Shown one piece after another: positions 36,704 through 50,831 of a stretch of 64,000 nt of DNA. Below the pieces are notes generated by a model, which was given only the letters and a program-made list of their open reading frames with translations, searched no databases and had not been told where the DNA came from. Made by a program: the position numbers and the translations under genes. Numbering within the stretch: position 1 is the stretch's first letter; every line of letters starts with the position of its first letter. Origin of the DNA: Thalia democratica (lineage: Eukaryota); contig OZ241827.1 of assembly GCA_965202585.1 (NCBI GenBank), positions 68,448,001 through 68,512,000 of the forward strand, given 5' to 3'.

Positions 36704-39700
36704 TAATTGATTCCTTTTTACTTCTAGAAATACCTAGATGAGTTATTGACCTTGCCAAAGCAAATTATTTTTATCCTTAATTGTAATATACATATCAATG
36801 TAAATTAAAAAAAAATAATGCACAACAGAAGTACTTAATGCTGAAGTTGAAAAAATATTTTTCTGATGAGTTAAAAAAGTTGATCAGTGAATTAAGGTAT
36901 CTTTTAAATTAAACTATTTTACTAGCTGAAATTTTAAACTCTCTCAAAAAGAATGATGAAAAGCAAAGTCATGTTGAAATAAAACCAGATGAAATTGGTC
37001 AAAATTTCTCAGAACAAACTGACAGTACCTCCAACAGTTTTGAACTATCACGACATTGTAACGGAAATGGAGAGCAAAAAACAAGTAAATTTTTATTTAT
37101 AATTAAATATTCTGGGCCACTTTCAAAATCCACCTGATCAAAATACACCCGGTAAATTTTGAGAACCGCTTACCAATCGAGGGTAAGGGTTAGGGGAAAC
37201 AGTGATAGTGAAAAATAAAAATATACATTAAATAAACTAATAAATAAAGAGACTTAAACAAAATTGGATTGATTTTGAACAAGGGTGGATTTTGAACGCA
37301 GGTGGATTTTGATAGTATACTAAATATTCTTTGTTTTAACTGCTATAAATGGTGAAGAAAATAAGTTAAAGCATTTATTATGGTTAAAACAAAAATTTCA
37401 ATAATTTTATTTATTCTACAAATACCCAAAACAGTTGATATCCTAGTCAAAATGAGTTAAATTTTCATCTGATGATAACAAGTTTAATACTTGTATTATT
37501 GCAAATTTTCAAACATAATATTGTACACAAGAAAAGTAGCAACTACTTACAATGATACTATATATTTTTTAGTGTTACAAATTGAACAAATATATAGTTA
37601 TATAAACAGTTCACAAAGATTTATTTAAGTTTGTTTTTACTAAACAGCAAGAAGTATAAGTATAAAGTATAAGTTCACAGAAACATTTATAAAATCAAAC
37701 TTTTGAGTGTAGCTTGACAAGATCTGTAAATTAAAGTTTTCAACTTTTTTTTTTGTAAAACATAGGTTTAGTACTTTGCATTAAAAAAAAAAAACACATT
37801 ATATTTTACATGAAATTAGAAAAAAATGATTAATATAAGTCAGATTTTAAATAAGAGTTTTAAAAAGAAAAATTAAGCTGACAATTTTTATGACTACAAT
37901 GTATAAGTAGAATAAAGTTAATAGAATAGTTTTGACTAGGTAATGTTAAAAGAATTTAATTTACTAAAAGAAAAGCTTGTTTAAAGTCTTTAAAAAACTG
38001 TCAATGATTTTTGTTGCTCAGGAGTATTTTTCAAAATCAGGCCATATTGAATCTTACTAAAAATCTCAGTATGGTTTTTGTTATTATTTATATTTTTTGT
38101 ATCTATATTGTTTTGAATTTTATTTTTTTTTAATTTTTAAGTTTGTGTAATTCTTCTTCCTTATATTCTTCATTACAAAACGTAATTTGTAGCTAATATT
38201 TGAATTTATAACTGATACTTTTTCAGTAGCCTTTAACTTGTTTATAACAATTTACTCTTGAAATCCAGCTAATTCAGGCTGCTTTTTGTTTCATTTTGTT
38301 ACTTTGCTGAAGTTGACAGATATATTTGCCATACAAAAATTTTGTGAAGTTTTTTTTAAAAGGGGAAGTTAATTATTTTTGCATTTAATTAACTCTTCTA
38401 ATGTTTGCAAAACAAAAAAAAAACTCACACATGTTTTCTCACCCATCTGGCCAGTACAGATGACATCAATTTTGAAAAAGTTAAAATTATAATACACATA
38501 AATTTACTTTCAGCTAATTGACAGGTCAGTACCAATATACTCAGCAGGATCTTGAATTTAATCAATTTTACAGACTCTGCAAGTTTTAACTTCAGCAAAA
38601 AAGTTCAAAGTTCTATTGAAGAAGATGTAATGGAGATTAAAAGAGAGACTAATGACTTGAATTTCCACCGTGAGGTTTCTGATATGCTTGGAAATAGCAC
38701 AATTGAATCTTTTACTGAAAGCAAGTATAGTACTATTTTTGATAATATATTATTTTACTAATTGTTACATTTATGCAAGTTATCATTGTGAATTTCTGAA
38801 TTCAAAAAGTAGAGTGATTAAATTGGTAAAGATGTTGAAAATTGGCATTTTTGAATACACTAGTGAATCAAAAGTTTTAAATTGATTAGGATATTTTTTT
38901 TCACTTTAACGATTTAATTTCACATGTTACTCAAAAATAAAAATGTCTTCTGAACCTAGATATAAATGATCAAAATACAATTTTCCTTATATAAAGTAAT
39001 TATGGTAAAAATTAACTTTCAGGTACCAGTTCAAACAGAAACACATAAGTTTTTACATTTTATTAAACTCCATTGACTGGTTTCAACATGACATTAGTCA
39101 CTGTCAAAGTACAAACTGAATTAAGTCATTTAAATATTGTTAGAAAATAATACAATAACAAATAAACATTACACTAACAACACTTAATTGCTTAGATGGA
39201 AAAGAGCTGTATCAGAACAAATGATAAGTTTGACAAGTGTATAAATGTAAAAATAACAGTTAATACCTGTAAATTATTAAAATAATGTAGTGAAACCTGA
39301 CAATATGATATATTTACTAAGCATGTTAACTTAAAAGTATGATGCTATTTTAAGTAAACAACTTATAAAACCATGAACAATACATACATTAAGAATTTTT
39401 GACTAGTTGCTAGCTTTATTTTGTTACTAATGATCTATATAAGTGTACTACTTCATGTTAAGGGCATAGGAGGTCATTTTTTTAAAAATAACATTGGCTT
39501 TTATAAGAAAGCTTTAAGTACAAACTACAAGCAAGTTTTTGTAAAAACTGAATTTTTTTTTTTAATTTCTGAGATTTTTGTAAAAAGTTTCCTGGAGTGC
39601 AAATTGTTTGCTGTAAATTCTTTCAAATTAAAAAAATCACTAAAAATCTACCTTCTTCATTTTTTAAGCTAGAGACCTCAAATTTTCATGAAATATTCAT

Positions 39701-42700
39701 TTTATAGTTTAAAAGACTTCCAATATTGCGATTGTAAAATATCAAAAAAAAAAAAAATTCAGATAAAAAAAAAAAAAAAAAAAGCTAGGTGTTTTTTTTA
39801 ATTATTATTATTATTTTTTAATTAAAAAAAATCCTGCGTTCAATCTTTTCGAAACTTAATTATAGACTTTCTGTTAAATTTTAAGAGGATTGGTTAATAA
39901 ATTAAGGAGTAAATATTTTTGTAATGAAATACCCTTTTTTTTTGCCTTTTTGGTTTGCGCCTTTAATTAGGAACCTGTTGAGGTCACCAACTTTGAGCAC
40001 TCATATCTCAAAATTAGTTTTAATTTTTTTCAAGCAATTAAAAATATCTGATAGCTCAGGTAAAACTCTATAAAATAAGATCAACTTATAAAAATCAAGT
40101 TGGACCCCTCTATGCACTTAAGATTTATTTAGTACTAGTAGAGTCGTTTTGCTGTTTGTATAATCTTATTTATTATATTAAACTTGTATTTGAACTTTGA
40201 TATTGACAAACACTGTGTTGAAACCAGTCTATTAAGTTAAACAAAATTCAAAAGTTTATTTATTACTGTATAAACTACTGGTTTTATATATATCTTGTGA
40301 AAAAAAAACAGTATATATACAGGTTTGGCAAAAAACCTGGAATTTGAGAGAAAAAAAACTGGAACTTTGAGGAAAAATCACTAAAAAATCTTAGTTTTAA
40401 ACAGAAAATCACTAGAAACCTGGAATTTTAATCGATATTAAATGTTAAGTAGTGAAATTTGATTTGACACAAAAAATCTATTGTATAGATTAAAAAAAAT
40501 TGTCATCATCAAAACTTTTTTAAACAAAAAACACATTTAAAGAAGTTTTAAGATATCTTTTCAATGTTGTTATACTTTTTAACTCAGTTTTTTACCTTAA
40601 GCTAAATTTTAAACTAAAATAGACCCAAAAACATGTAATTTTATAAACCTGGAAAAAATTTTCAAAACATGAAAAAAATTTGCCAAAAATATTTGTAAAC
40701 CCTGTATATTAAACCAGTTATTTACTTGAAAGTATTATTCCTTGAAAATAACACTAACAAACTTTTATACTAAATATAATATATGTGAATTCTACTTACA
40801 GTTCTTTTTTATAAATCTTAAGTAGTTTAGGAGTTCTTGAATTAAACAAAAATTACCAAAAATTTTGATCTTTTTTTAACCCTTGACTTTTTGACTTAAA
40901 TAAGTTGATTTTTTATATCTGATTTTTTTTTTGTATTTTGATATTTTTGATTTTTAAAACCATGTACAGCTAAGTTCTGCTTGAAAATATGAGAATTATT
41001 TTTTAATTACAAACTTATAAGCCAAAAGTTTTGTGCTCAAAATTAAAATAAGTATGATAATTATACTTTTGGTTAATATGTTTTTTAACCAAAAGTTTGT
41101 TTCAGTGAGCAATGATAATTTTATTTTTCAATATATAAATCTAATTACAATTTACATACTAAAATTTACAGACAGCTGTGATGAATTTTCCCAGAGTGGA
41201 CATTCAACTTCTAATAGCTTGAAAAGAAAAGTTCCAATCTCAAATTCGGACTTACAGATTCCAGTTAAGTGTTTAAAGTATGAACCAGACGAAAAGCCAA
41301 AATGTGTTCAATCTAAGCTTGAGTTTTTGGACCCAACATTCAGACAGGTTGAAATACCAAACACTCTGATTGAAAAACTCAACAGGCTTGAAGAGATGAA
41401 AAACAAATCAAATAATTCACATTCTATCACCAACAAAGTCCAATCAGAAGCAACTTTTTTTTTCCTGGATCAGTTAGTGCCGAACAAAGTCCTCTGGGAG
41501 CAGTTGGACTTGAGCGAGGCGACGGCTTCCGAGCTGAGAGGCGACGTTCGCATTGACAGCTGCATTGAGAGCCAGACGTATGGAGTTTCTAAGGTGATCA
41601 ATTTTGACGGTGACGTTGACAGGTTCAAGTACATACTGGCGTGCGACCACGTGCGGTCCAGGATGGTGAACGTGGAGGAGGACTGCCAGTTTGTTGCTGA
41701 CCACCTGCTCAACTTTGCCGAGCATTTCGGAGGCAAGTGGGTTGGTGTGGAGAGCAGGCAGATCGTTGTGTGTAGAGGTTTGTGTTTTTAGTTTTTTTAT
41801 AGAGTCATAATTATCAGTAATTTTTGGAATAAAAAAAAAAACAATAAAATAATATTCAAAATAAAAACAAAATACAATAAAAATATTTGTTTCATAATAA
41901 GTAAATCGATAAGAATAAAATTATGTGTATACGTATTTGTATTGTAACATTATTTTTATAAAGAAAATTAGAACTTGTAAACTTTCAAAAAAAAACTTTA
42001 AAGTAAAATAGCCAGTATTTATTTCGGCCATCATCAACAAAGTTGAGATGTTTTATGCCATCGAATATAAACAGTGAACTTCACCGCAACGTAATGATTG
42101 TGCGGTGAAGTTCATTGTTTATAAAGTAAAACAGGAAAAGTTATTTATTATTTATAAAGGTTTTAAGTACCATCATAGTTTTGTGCACAGATTCCTTTGA
42201 GAAACATTGGTCTAAACCAGGGTTTTCCAAAGTAAGCCTATTGCCCCCTTTGGGCCATTTTAGAAATTTAGGAGGCTATAAGCTGCAAAGGTGGAAGGAG
42301 CGAGAGTAGTTAGAGAGCCATTTGGGGGGGGGCATAATTTGAAACTTGCATTAAATATTTTAGAGTTTATGATGAAGAGCAAAAAAGGTCTTAGGAGTAT
42401 TTAAAAATAGATTTTTTGGGACATCTTGTCTGATGAGGCCATAACTTTTTTATTTTCTTTGAAGGGGGCCATATGAACAAAAGTTTGGAAAACCCTGGTC
42501 CAAACAAAAGTGATGTGTATTCATAAACTTGGGTACAAAAGTTTTATTTACTATAATCAAAATTTTATTTCTTAGTATTTCAAAGTTGTTTTAAATTTAA
42601 CAGGTGTAGTCTGCCACTATGAGCTCAAATCTAACTGTTTGTATCCAAGTTGCACCAAGGAGACTTACAGAATAAATGACAGGTTAGAAGCTTTTCATTT

Positions 42701-45700
42701 AAAGCTTGGTTTAACCGAAAACTGGTGTAAATAATTTAGTGCAAGTTTAATGATTTTGATACCTCAAACAAAACATAAATTTTCAAAAAGTGCAAATTTT
42801 CAGTTCATTACTTTGTAAAATATACAATAGTTAGAGCTAAAATTGTGCTTTTCTGTAACTAATGTTACAAATATTTTTTATCAAAAAGTGTTTAACTCTT
42901 ACTTGAATTAACTTTTAACATTTTATAACCAATTATTTACTTCAGTTTTCTTTGTGATAAATCTAATAATTTATGTGCATACAAACAACTTATTACCTAC
43001 AAGTTTGTAGGCCTTTTGTATAAATAATGCTTGGTGTGAATTTTCAGAACATTTCTTCCATTCTTTATGTAATTGCAATTGTAACAATTTAGAATAAACA
43101 CTATATTATTTCAGGGTCATGTACGTTTACAGGAACGTGCCTGACAGCGGCCACCAGATGTCGCTGGCGGCGGCAACGTTCGTGCACGAGACCATGGAGG
43201 GGATGCGGCTGGCTTGCGAGATGCTGCTCAACTTCGGCATGGGCGAGTTCAGGCCCAGGTGCCAGTGGGTGTTCGTGAGCGCGGGCAACACGGGTTCGGA
43301 CAACACGTCGTGCGATTGGAAGAACATAAAGTTGGTTTTTGAAGTTTTAGTAAGAGTAAGCTTTTATTCAGAGTTCCTGCTTCCCTGTGAACTACGTTTT
43401 TTTGCTTGGTGATTGAAATTTAATAGTCAAAACAGGGACAACGTGTAGTGTAAAAGCACGTTATATTAACTTTTTTTTAAATCAAAACTTTGCAATTTTA
43501 GAACAAAGCTGTGATTATATTGTGCCACCTAGCGGTTTTTACTTTTTTATATTTAATACAGTTTATTTAAACTTGATTTATTTTACTAAAATTAGAGCTC
43601 AAAAACCCTCGAACTTTCGTATTTTTTTTTATTAAGACTGTGCTTTTAAACGTTTTATGACATATTTTACCTTATGCACCTTAAAAATATGTTTGTAACA
43701 TTTAAAAAACATTGTTTTTAAATAGTCTCCCTATAAACTTGCTATATTTTATGAATTTTCTGTTATTTTTTTTTTTGTGAAATTTTAGTCGGAACCCTGT
43801 TGATAGTATTAAACACACATTGTTGAAGAATTTTAGTTTCTTGTAATGTGTTTTTTTACCAGTGGCGATGTGTTGTTATTTTGGTAAGGGTCGCACAGAG
43901 TTCAAAATAAAAACTGAATGTCCCAAGTTTGAAACTTTTGTTTGAGATGGTTTGGAGATTTTTAAGTAATAATATTACATTAAGGATATATTGGGATTCC
44001 TACCTATTTTTATTAAAAAATTTTACACCAGGGTTTTCAAAAATCCTCGAACTCCGGAAAAACCTGGAATTTAACAATTTAGGCTAAAAAATATGGAAAA
44101 CCCTATTCCAGAAATTTTTAAAAAACCTGGAATTTTAAATAAAAATTACTAAAAAACCTGGGAAAGCCTGGAGTTTTAAACAACTTTTACATTTTAGATA
44201 GTAAAGCTTCGAATTGATACAAATAATTTTCGTATGAATAAAAAATTTTTGTCATCATCAAAAATTTTTTTATTAAAACATATTTAAAGAAACTTTACTT
44301 AGTCTTTTTAATGTCGTTATAGTTTGTTACCTTAAACTTAATTTTAAGTTTAAAATAAACCCTAAAAAATAGTTGTTGAAACCTGGAAGAAATTTTAAAA
44401 ACCTGTAGAAAATTTGCCAAAAACATTTATCATTGTCTTTTAAATGAAAGCTTAAAGTGCGAACTATAAGCAAGTTTTTTAGGATATAAAAAACTTAATT
44501 ATTTCTTGTGATTTAGTCATCTTTATAAAGTGTCTTGTCAACTTTTTGGAAGTTTAAATTTTGTTTAAAACATATCCTCTTTCGTGCTTTTCGAAATTGA
44601 GACTTCATATGTTCAGCTTTTGCTTTTTTATATCTAAAGTGCTAAAAGGGCAATTTAAAGTTATATTGAATGTCATATAGTTCAAATTCAACTAGGAAAC
44701 ATCACCTTTTTATTACTAGGTTAGAGCATATGCGATAGAAAAGTCAAATAAAATATTTTATAAAAGTCTGATTAGTGGCATATAAAACGTTTTTTAGGTT
44801 TTTAGAATGTCAGCATTTTAAAATCTTTTTTGAAAAAGTAGCAGTTTAAAAATAAATCAAAAGTTCTAACTAAAGCTTAAATTTTTAACACATTTTTTAA
44901 TACTTTTTGATAAAATTAAAAATATAATTAATAAAAACTGTGAAAATACTTATAATAAGTGTTTCAAGTATTTTTGCGTAGATTTTACATGCCTTTTTTT
45001 GACAAAAACTAAATATGCTAAATATGAAAAATATTGAATAAGATTTGGATTAAAAAACAGAAAAATTTAACTGTACTTGAGTTTAATATTGTTGAAATAC
45101 ACTTCACTATTAAACCAAACATAAAAAGATGCCGTCTGAAAAAACTATGTAAAATTTTTGATTTAATTTTCACATTTGGATAAAAAAGTTAACCCTCTAT
45201 TAAAATTAAGTTAAAAAGCTTGACCTATCTTTTCAGTTCAATGTGGGGAACTTTGGGTGTTTTCGTCATAAACCAAGGCCGGAAGGTGTACCACACATGA
45301 TAAAAATGTTAAAAAAAGAATGTTTTTAATATTTTTGACCATTTTTAAAAATCGGTAGTTCAAAAAATTGAGTATACTGCTAATTTTAACACAATTTTGA
45401 TAAGTTTTTTTTCGAAAAGAAAATTAAAAAATGAATGGTTTCTCTGTTGTACATATTGTTGATTTTAATTAAGAAGTTACTATATAATAAACTTAAACTT
45501 TGTAAAAAATCTTCATTTCTAGTTTAATTTATGCATTTGAAATAAAACAATAACATATAAGTTTGTTAGATTAATTGTATTTAATCAAACTTCTTTGCCA
45601 CATACTTTTATTTGGTCACAATTTCTTAAATGTCTTTTTTTGTACTTGAACTTAATTTATGTGTTTAGAATGAAGTTAGAATAAGTGTAAGAATTAGATA

Positions 45701-46613
45701 AAGTTTTTAAAATTAAACAAAAATAAATTGAAAAAAAAACTAATCGAAGGGGGCATTATGAAAATAAAATTGAAACCCTGCACTAGATATTTAGGGAGTT
45801 TTTTATTAAAAGTGTTCAGATCCGTATCTGGCTGGATATCAATTTTTTGCAAACGGTAGAACACTGATTAAAGTGCATAAAACAGTGAACACAGTACATT
45901 TAAAAAAAAATCTTATTGGAGGAGAACCATTGCTTATTTTATTTCTTTAAAGGGGGTGTTAATGAAAAAGTTTGAGAAACCCTGTTTTAGATATAAATTG
46001 TAGATAAGTAATCTAAAGAGTTTATTGGTGCTTTAAAAACCTAGGCGTAGTTTTTTACAAATAAAACATTTAAAGTTTAATTTATTTCTTTATTGTATTG
46101 TAAGTAAAAAACCCAAGTATTTTTTTTTTGCTTTTACAGGACCATATTTTCAAATGTTTTATCATTTTTAAGTTTTTGCTTTGTCTAAATTTTTATGTTA
46201 ACTTTTTGTACTTTTCAAGCGAAAAAGGTCGGAAAATCAGGGACGTGCAAATATTCGAAGAATTCAACGAGTTCGTGTCCAGGTACGGCTTCGACGAAAA
46301 GCGCGGGAACACGGTGGCGCGCTTGAGGAGAGAAGCGGTCAAGCGTAGCGGTTGCGCGCCAAATTTCAACAAAGTGACTTTCCACGTCATGAACCACAGC
46401 TTGACGGTGTTCACCGGGACCAAGCCCACGGTGCCCTGCTCGTGCGTGATTGGTCAGCTGATCAAAGATTACAGAAAGTCGCTGGTCGCTTCGGGGGAAC
46501 CTTCCACGGTGCTCTACTCCAGGCATCCGGACCTGTTCAGCTCGAGCGAGTCGATTCGTACGATGAGGAGGCAAATGAGGAAGGACGCCAAGAAGAAAGG
46601 CGACGGGTTGTGA
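34890..46613 (+). CDS. 12-exon orphan protein (~733 aa): coiled-coil/disordered N-half, Cys/His-containing globular C-half
   Basis: Exons 34890-34926, 35242-35358, 35906-36089, 36277-36359, 36435-36584, 36926-37084, 38574-38724, 39023-39048, 41172-41777, 42604-42682, 43115-43330 and 46220-46613 all join in phase from ATG to TGA (2202 nt). The C-terminal exons are the best supported. Confidence 0.7.
35397..35794 (+). mobile_element. MITE family A, intact, with 6-bp TSD
   Basis: TIR CAGGGTTGCCA/TGGCAACCCTG. TAGCAA at 35391-35396 and 35795-35800. Confidence 0.85.
36670..36703. repeat. (TA)n microsatellite
   Basis: Near-perfect TA run. Confidence 0.9.
37115..37320 (+). mobile_element. ~200-bp MITE (TCAAAATCCACCTG termini)
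   Basis: Inverted TCAAAATCCACCTG / CAGGTGGATTTTGA ends. Second copy in opposite orientation at 53854-54064. Confidence 0.7.
39462..40117 (+). mobile_element. Kolobok-like MITE with TTAA TSD
   Basis: TTAA|GGGCATAGGAGGTC ... GACCCCTCTATGCAC|TTAA. Purine-start termini with a TTAA target fit Kolobok rather than piggyBac. Confidence 0.75.
40320..40704 (+). mobile_element. MITE family A
   Basis: CAGGTTTGGCA ... TAAACCCTG; flanks TATATA/TATATT. Confidence 0.8.
42218..42497. mobile_element. hAT-type MITE with 8-bp TSD
   Basis: TIR CAGGGTTTTCCAAA/TTTGGAAAACCCTG; TSD GTCTAAAC/GTCCAAAC. Confidence 0.85.
44029..44428 (+). mobile_element. MITE family A, 3' TIR missing
   Basis: CAGGGTT start and a body collinear with the other copies; ends at GCCAAAAACATT. 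Confidence 0.7.
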
Positions 46614-49609
46614 CGTAACAAAGAAGAAGAGCTGGAGCGAATTTTTTCGAATACTGCTAGGAGATTTTTTAGTTAGCAGAAAGCTAACCAAAAAGCTGTT
46701 GTTTTGTAAAAATGTACATTGAATAGGTTTAAAAAAAAAAATTTCAAAAAGTAATTGATTGAGTTTCTTTGAGGCCTTATGTTTCGTTAAATTGATACTA
46801 ATTGTTACTGAGTTGATTAAAAAGTAATTACCAATTAAGCTATATTTATTAAATTCTAATAGTCATTGGATTATTAAAAAGTAAGTAAAACGCCGGCAGA
46901 AAGATGTTTCAACTCAAAGTATACTTATTAAACAAGTTTAAAACAAGTTGAATTTTAATCTTTTATTCAAAACGTGTTTCTATTTAAATTGAAAAAAACA
47001 AACAACTAACATAAGTCTCTAACAAAGTGCATGATAATATGTTTATAAACATATAAAAAATTAAAGATATTAAATTAATGAATATTTTTTGTTATAACCT
47101 AAATTGATTTTACTTTATTGATTTATTTTTAAAGCTTGAAAAAGTGTGTAAATGCTGTTTTTTTTTTCAAAAACAATTAAAAAACAGTGCTACGGTTTAA
47201 TAATAAATTTTTAGTAAAAATAGGTAAATTATATATTACATTTTGTTTTTTTCTAAGAAAATTCCTTTTTGTTTTTTTCTGAAAAAAATGTCTTTATTTA
47301 TTTTAAAGGTAATTTGTATAAATATGTTTTTTTTCTTTTCTTTGTTTAGGTTAATATGTAATTAAAAGCAGTAGATGATTGTAATATTTCTTTTATATTA
47401 TGCAACTTATAAGACTTATTGTTCAAAATTATAATTTAAGTGTATAAAAAAACCGTCTAAAGGTTTTAAAGTTTGTTTTATTAAAACTTATCAACGAATA
47501 CAAATAAACAAATGTTAATTATTTATATAAAAGTTTTTGTATTGATTCAACAGATTAATTTTGTTTACACAGATTTAAATTTTTACAAATTTTATTGTTT
47601 ACATGAGTCATAACTGATGAAGCACTTAAATTTTTGATTAGTTATATTGTTTTTATTTCGGTATGAAAATAGTTTTGCTGACTAAGATGTTGATTAAAAT
47701 ATAGAAAAGCTTTGAATGATGAAACATATTAATGATTTTTTTACATACTTCGTTGCAAGTACAACGTTAGTAATTGTAAAAATTAATAAATTTATGTTTC
47801 AACTAGAGAAACGAATTTAAAAAAATATGTAGATGTTTTATAAAAAGTAGTTTCTAGATTAAATGGAAGCCAATACTTTCCAACTTTTTACATGTTAACT
47901 TGCGTTCGTTTAAAAAAATTACGTTTTAGACTCAATTTATTTTACTCTAACTTTTCTATTTTTTTGTTTCCTAAATTAATGTATTATATTTTAATTTGTT
48001 TCTAATCTAAATTAATTTCAATAATTTTTTTTATACAATACTAGTTTACTTGAATTTTTCAATAATTTTTAAGTTTTTACTTTATAGCTGCAACTAATTC
48101 TCGTTTATTAAACTGTAATTTCAACAAATTTTTATTACTATTGCTGTGTGCAGCAAACTTTTAAAACATGGCATTAATATTGGTATGCAGTTAAATCTAG
48201 GGTAGACTAAATTAAAATAAGATTTTATCTTAATAGAAATATGTATTTAAACTGAGGTTAAATAGAACTCAATTTCATTAAAATGAAGTTAATGTTAAAT
48301 TCTAAACGAATCGAATTAAAAATATTAAGCTAAAATTGTAAGTTTTAAAAATTGGTTGAAAATTAATTGGGTTAAAAACTTGAAAACTTAAGATAAAACC
48401 ATTAAAAAATGAGAAGCTGTAAAATATAGTCAACCATATTAAATAAATCATAAAATAGTATGTATTACTTTTAATCATGCATAAAGTACAAGCATTTTGA
48501 TTATTGCCACTATTAATTACTTAGTAAAAAGTAGTATACTATTATACTAGGTTAAGAATGTATTCTTAAAAAACTAATATTGTTTATATCCATCTATGAT
48601 TGAATGAATTAAATAGTTAAAAAACTGCGTAATTACAAAATTTTTTAGCAAGTATATAAAAAAAATCAAACATTACTATAACATCAAATTGTTTCTACTT
48701 TTTATTTCTTCCTAAATACTACAAATCATTTATACAATTTTCTTTAACTTTTTGTCAAGAGGCCCCCTTTAAAAAAAATTTATGGTCCTCTCCGACAATA
48801 TTTCTCAGAATACTGCCAATAAATAAGCCTAAAAATTCGAGCCTTACTTGAAGACTACTTAGTTTGTTAGTAATTCGATTTAAATAGCTGTACTACATTT
48901 TAATTTAGAGAAAATTTATAAAAGACTAATGTAAAGCATAAGGTTTTTATTTATATTTGCCAAAAAAGATTTTTAAAGAATTACTTATTTATCAGTTGCC
49001 GAACGGATCCGTACTCTAGAAAATTTAAAAAAAGATAAAGAAAAGTAAGTACCAAAACGAAGAGAAAAAAATTCTATTGTTTATAAAACAATTACTAAAA
49101 CAGTTGAAGTACCTGTAGATAACAAAAATTTTAAGTTAAAAACAATAGTAGTATGAAAAAAAATTAAAAATGTGTTTTTTAGTTGCTGATTTTAAAATGA
49201 AAAATTAAGACAAGTCATAAGTACAAACGAAGTATATAAATAAAATAAAAAAGTATTATTGAGATTTTTTTGTTTATATAACTAAGTTTAGAACAAAAAA
49301 GTTTCCTAAAACCTTAATTTTCAAGTTTTATCAAACTAATCGTAAGCTGGTCAACCTTTTATTTAACTTAAATTTGTTCAAAAATACAAATATTTGATTT
49401 CGTAGAAATTTAATGTAACTAATTCATACAACATCTATCTTTAAACTTATTTTAAGCAGATTTAAATTTTTTATTCAGCTGATTTACTTACTTTGAAATC
49501 AGTGTTATAACGTACTTCAAGCAATAGATAGCGCAAAAGCAGCAGGTGCTAAGAAACAAAAACTATTAAAAATACTAGTTTATTGAAATTTAACAAAAAA
49601 GTGAGATAC

Positions 49610-50831
49610 TTCAATAGAATGATAAACGAGTTTATCTTGTTCGTCCACCTGACCAAGTCGTTCGGATTGCTGAATTGATCAATCAGGAAACAGGTGTGGC
49701 GTGGTTGCCTGTAAACAAAAACAATTTTTCAAGTTTGAAATATATATTATAACAAAGGTTTTTCTTACACCTTGAACAGACTTTTTTGGCGCTTTTTTTA
49801 TCGTTCAATAATAAATATGTATAATTATGTTCATGATTTTATAAAAATTTAGGTAATATGTAATTTTTGGAATTAAAATTGGTTAGTTTGAAAATTTTCT
49901 TAACTTCAATGTTAGTTTAAACTGATTTAATATATACAAAAATTAAATAGAAATAGACAGAAAGTTTTATTGTTTAAATGCTCAGTTTTGTATACATTTT
50001 TGTGGCGTTTCAGATGTTTTAAGTTAAACAAAATAACTCTTTTTTTTATAAGTCCTTAAAAAAATTTTGCTCGCTTAGTTTTTATGAAAAGTTCTTGATA
50101 AATAAAAAACTACACGATATTTCTGTGATCAAGTTTCATTTGTTAGGAAAAACAAAAGTAAATTATTTTAAGATTAATTAACTTCAACATTACAACAGTA
50201 AAACTAGCTGAGGAAAGTTTTTACCGGAAATATTTTTGCCATATATTTACAGCTAGTTTCAATAATGGTGAAGAATTTGGCTTAATAATTAAATGCATAA
50301 AGATCGAAAAAAAATTGACCTATACTAGTTAAAAATTTAGAATAAAAATGTAAAAATAATAATAGTAGTGAATTTTATGAAACTAAAACAATAGTACTCT
50401 AAACAAATTACTTTAACTTTTCAGAAAATCTGCTATTTCTTCACTGTTAAACAAATTTGTTTTAGTTTAATACTGATAAGTTTAGCTTAAATGTACTTGT
50501 GCAGTTTAAAGAAAACCATCAGATTTGGTTACCTAATTTTTATCACTAAAAGTTTTGAAAAAAAAAGAAATTCAAAAATAAATTAAAATATTTTTTTTGT
50601 GTCGGTTTTACTAATAAAGGTAACACAAATAGATACAATTTTTAAAATACCAACTAATACTATTTATTCTGTACATCTTTGCTAAATCAAAATACGTGTT
50701 TTGAACAAACATTCACTGTTGGTATTCCAAACAATAAATCCGCACCAGCGTGACTCTTACCACAGGTTGAGGATCTCTCAACACCCTTGACAACGAGTTC
50801 TCTGTTGTCCCGCACAATTTTTATGATTTTC
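49610..50831 (-). CDS. Partial multi-exon gene, product unassigned
   Basis: Minus-strand exons 50831-50761, 50252-50225 and 49708-~49610 join in phase: KIIKIVRDNRELVVKGVERSSTC|AVNIWQKYF|RQPRHTCFLIDQFSNPNDLVRWTNKINSFII. Both ends unresolved. Confidence 0.45.

Noticed and set aside
36738-36896. Two exon-like segments separated by apparent 29-nt introns
   Set aside because: Joining to 36926 gives an immediate TGA. Skipping them keeps the frame, so there is no support for ultra-short introns here.
48996-49044. Plus-strand exon-like segment (AERIRTLENLKKDKE, GTAAGT donor)
   Set aside because: No phase-compatible neighbouring exons could be found.
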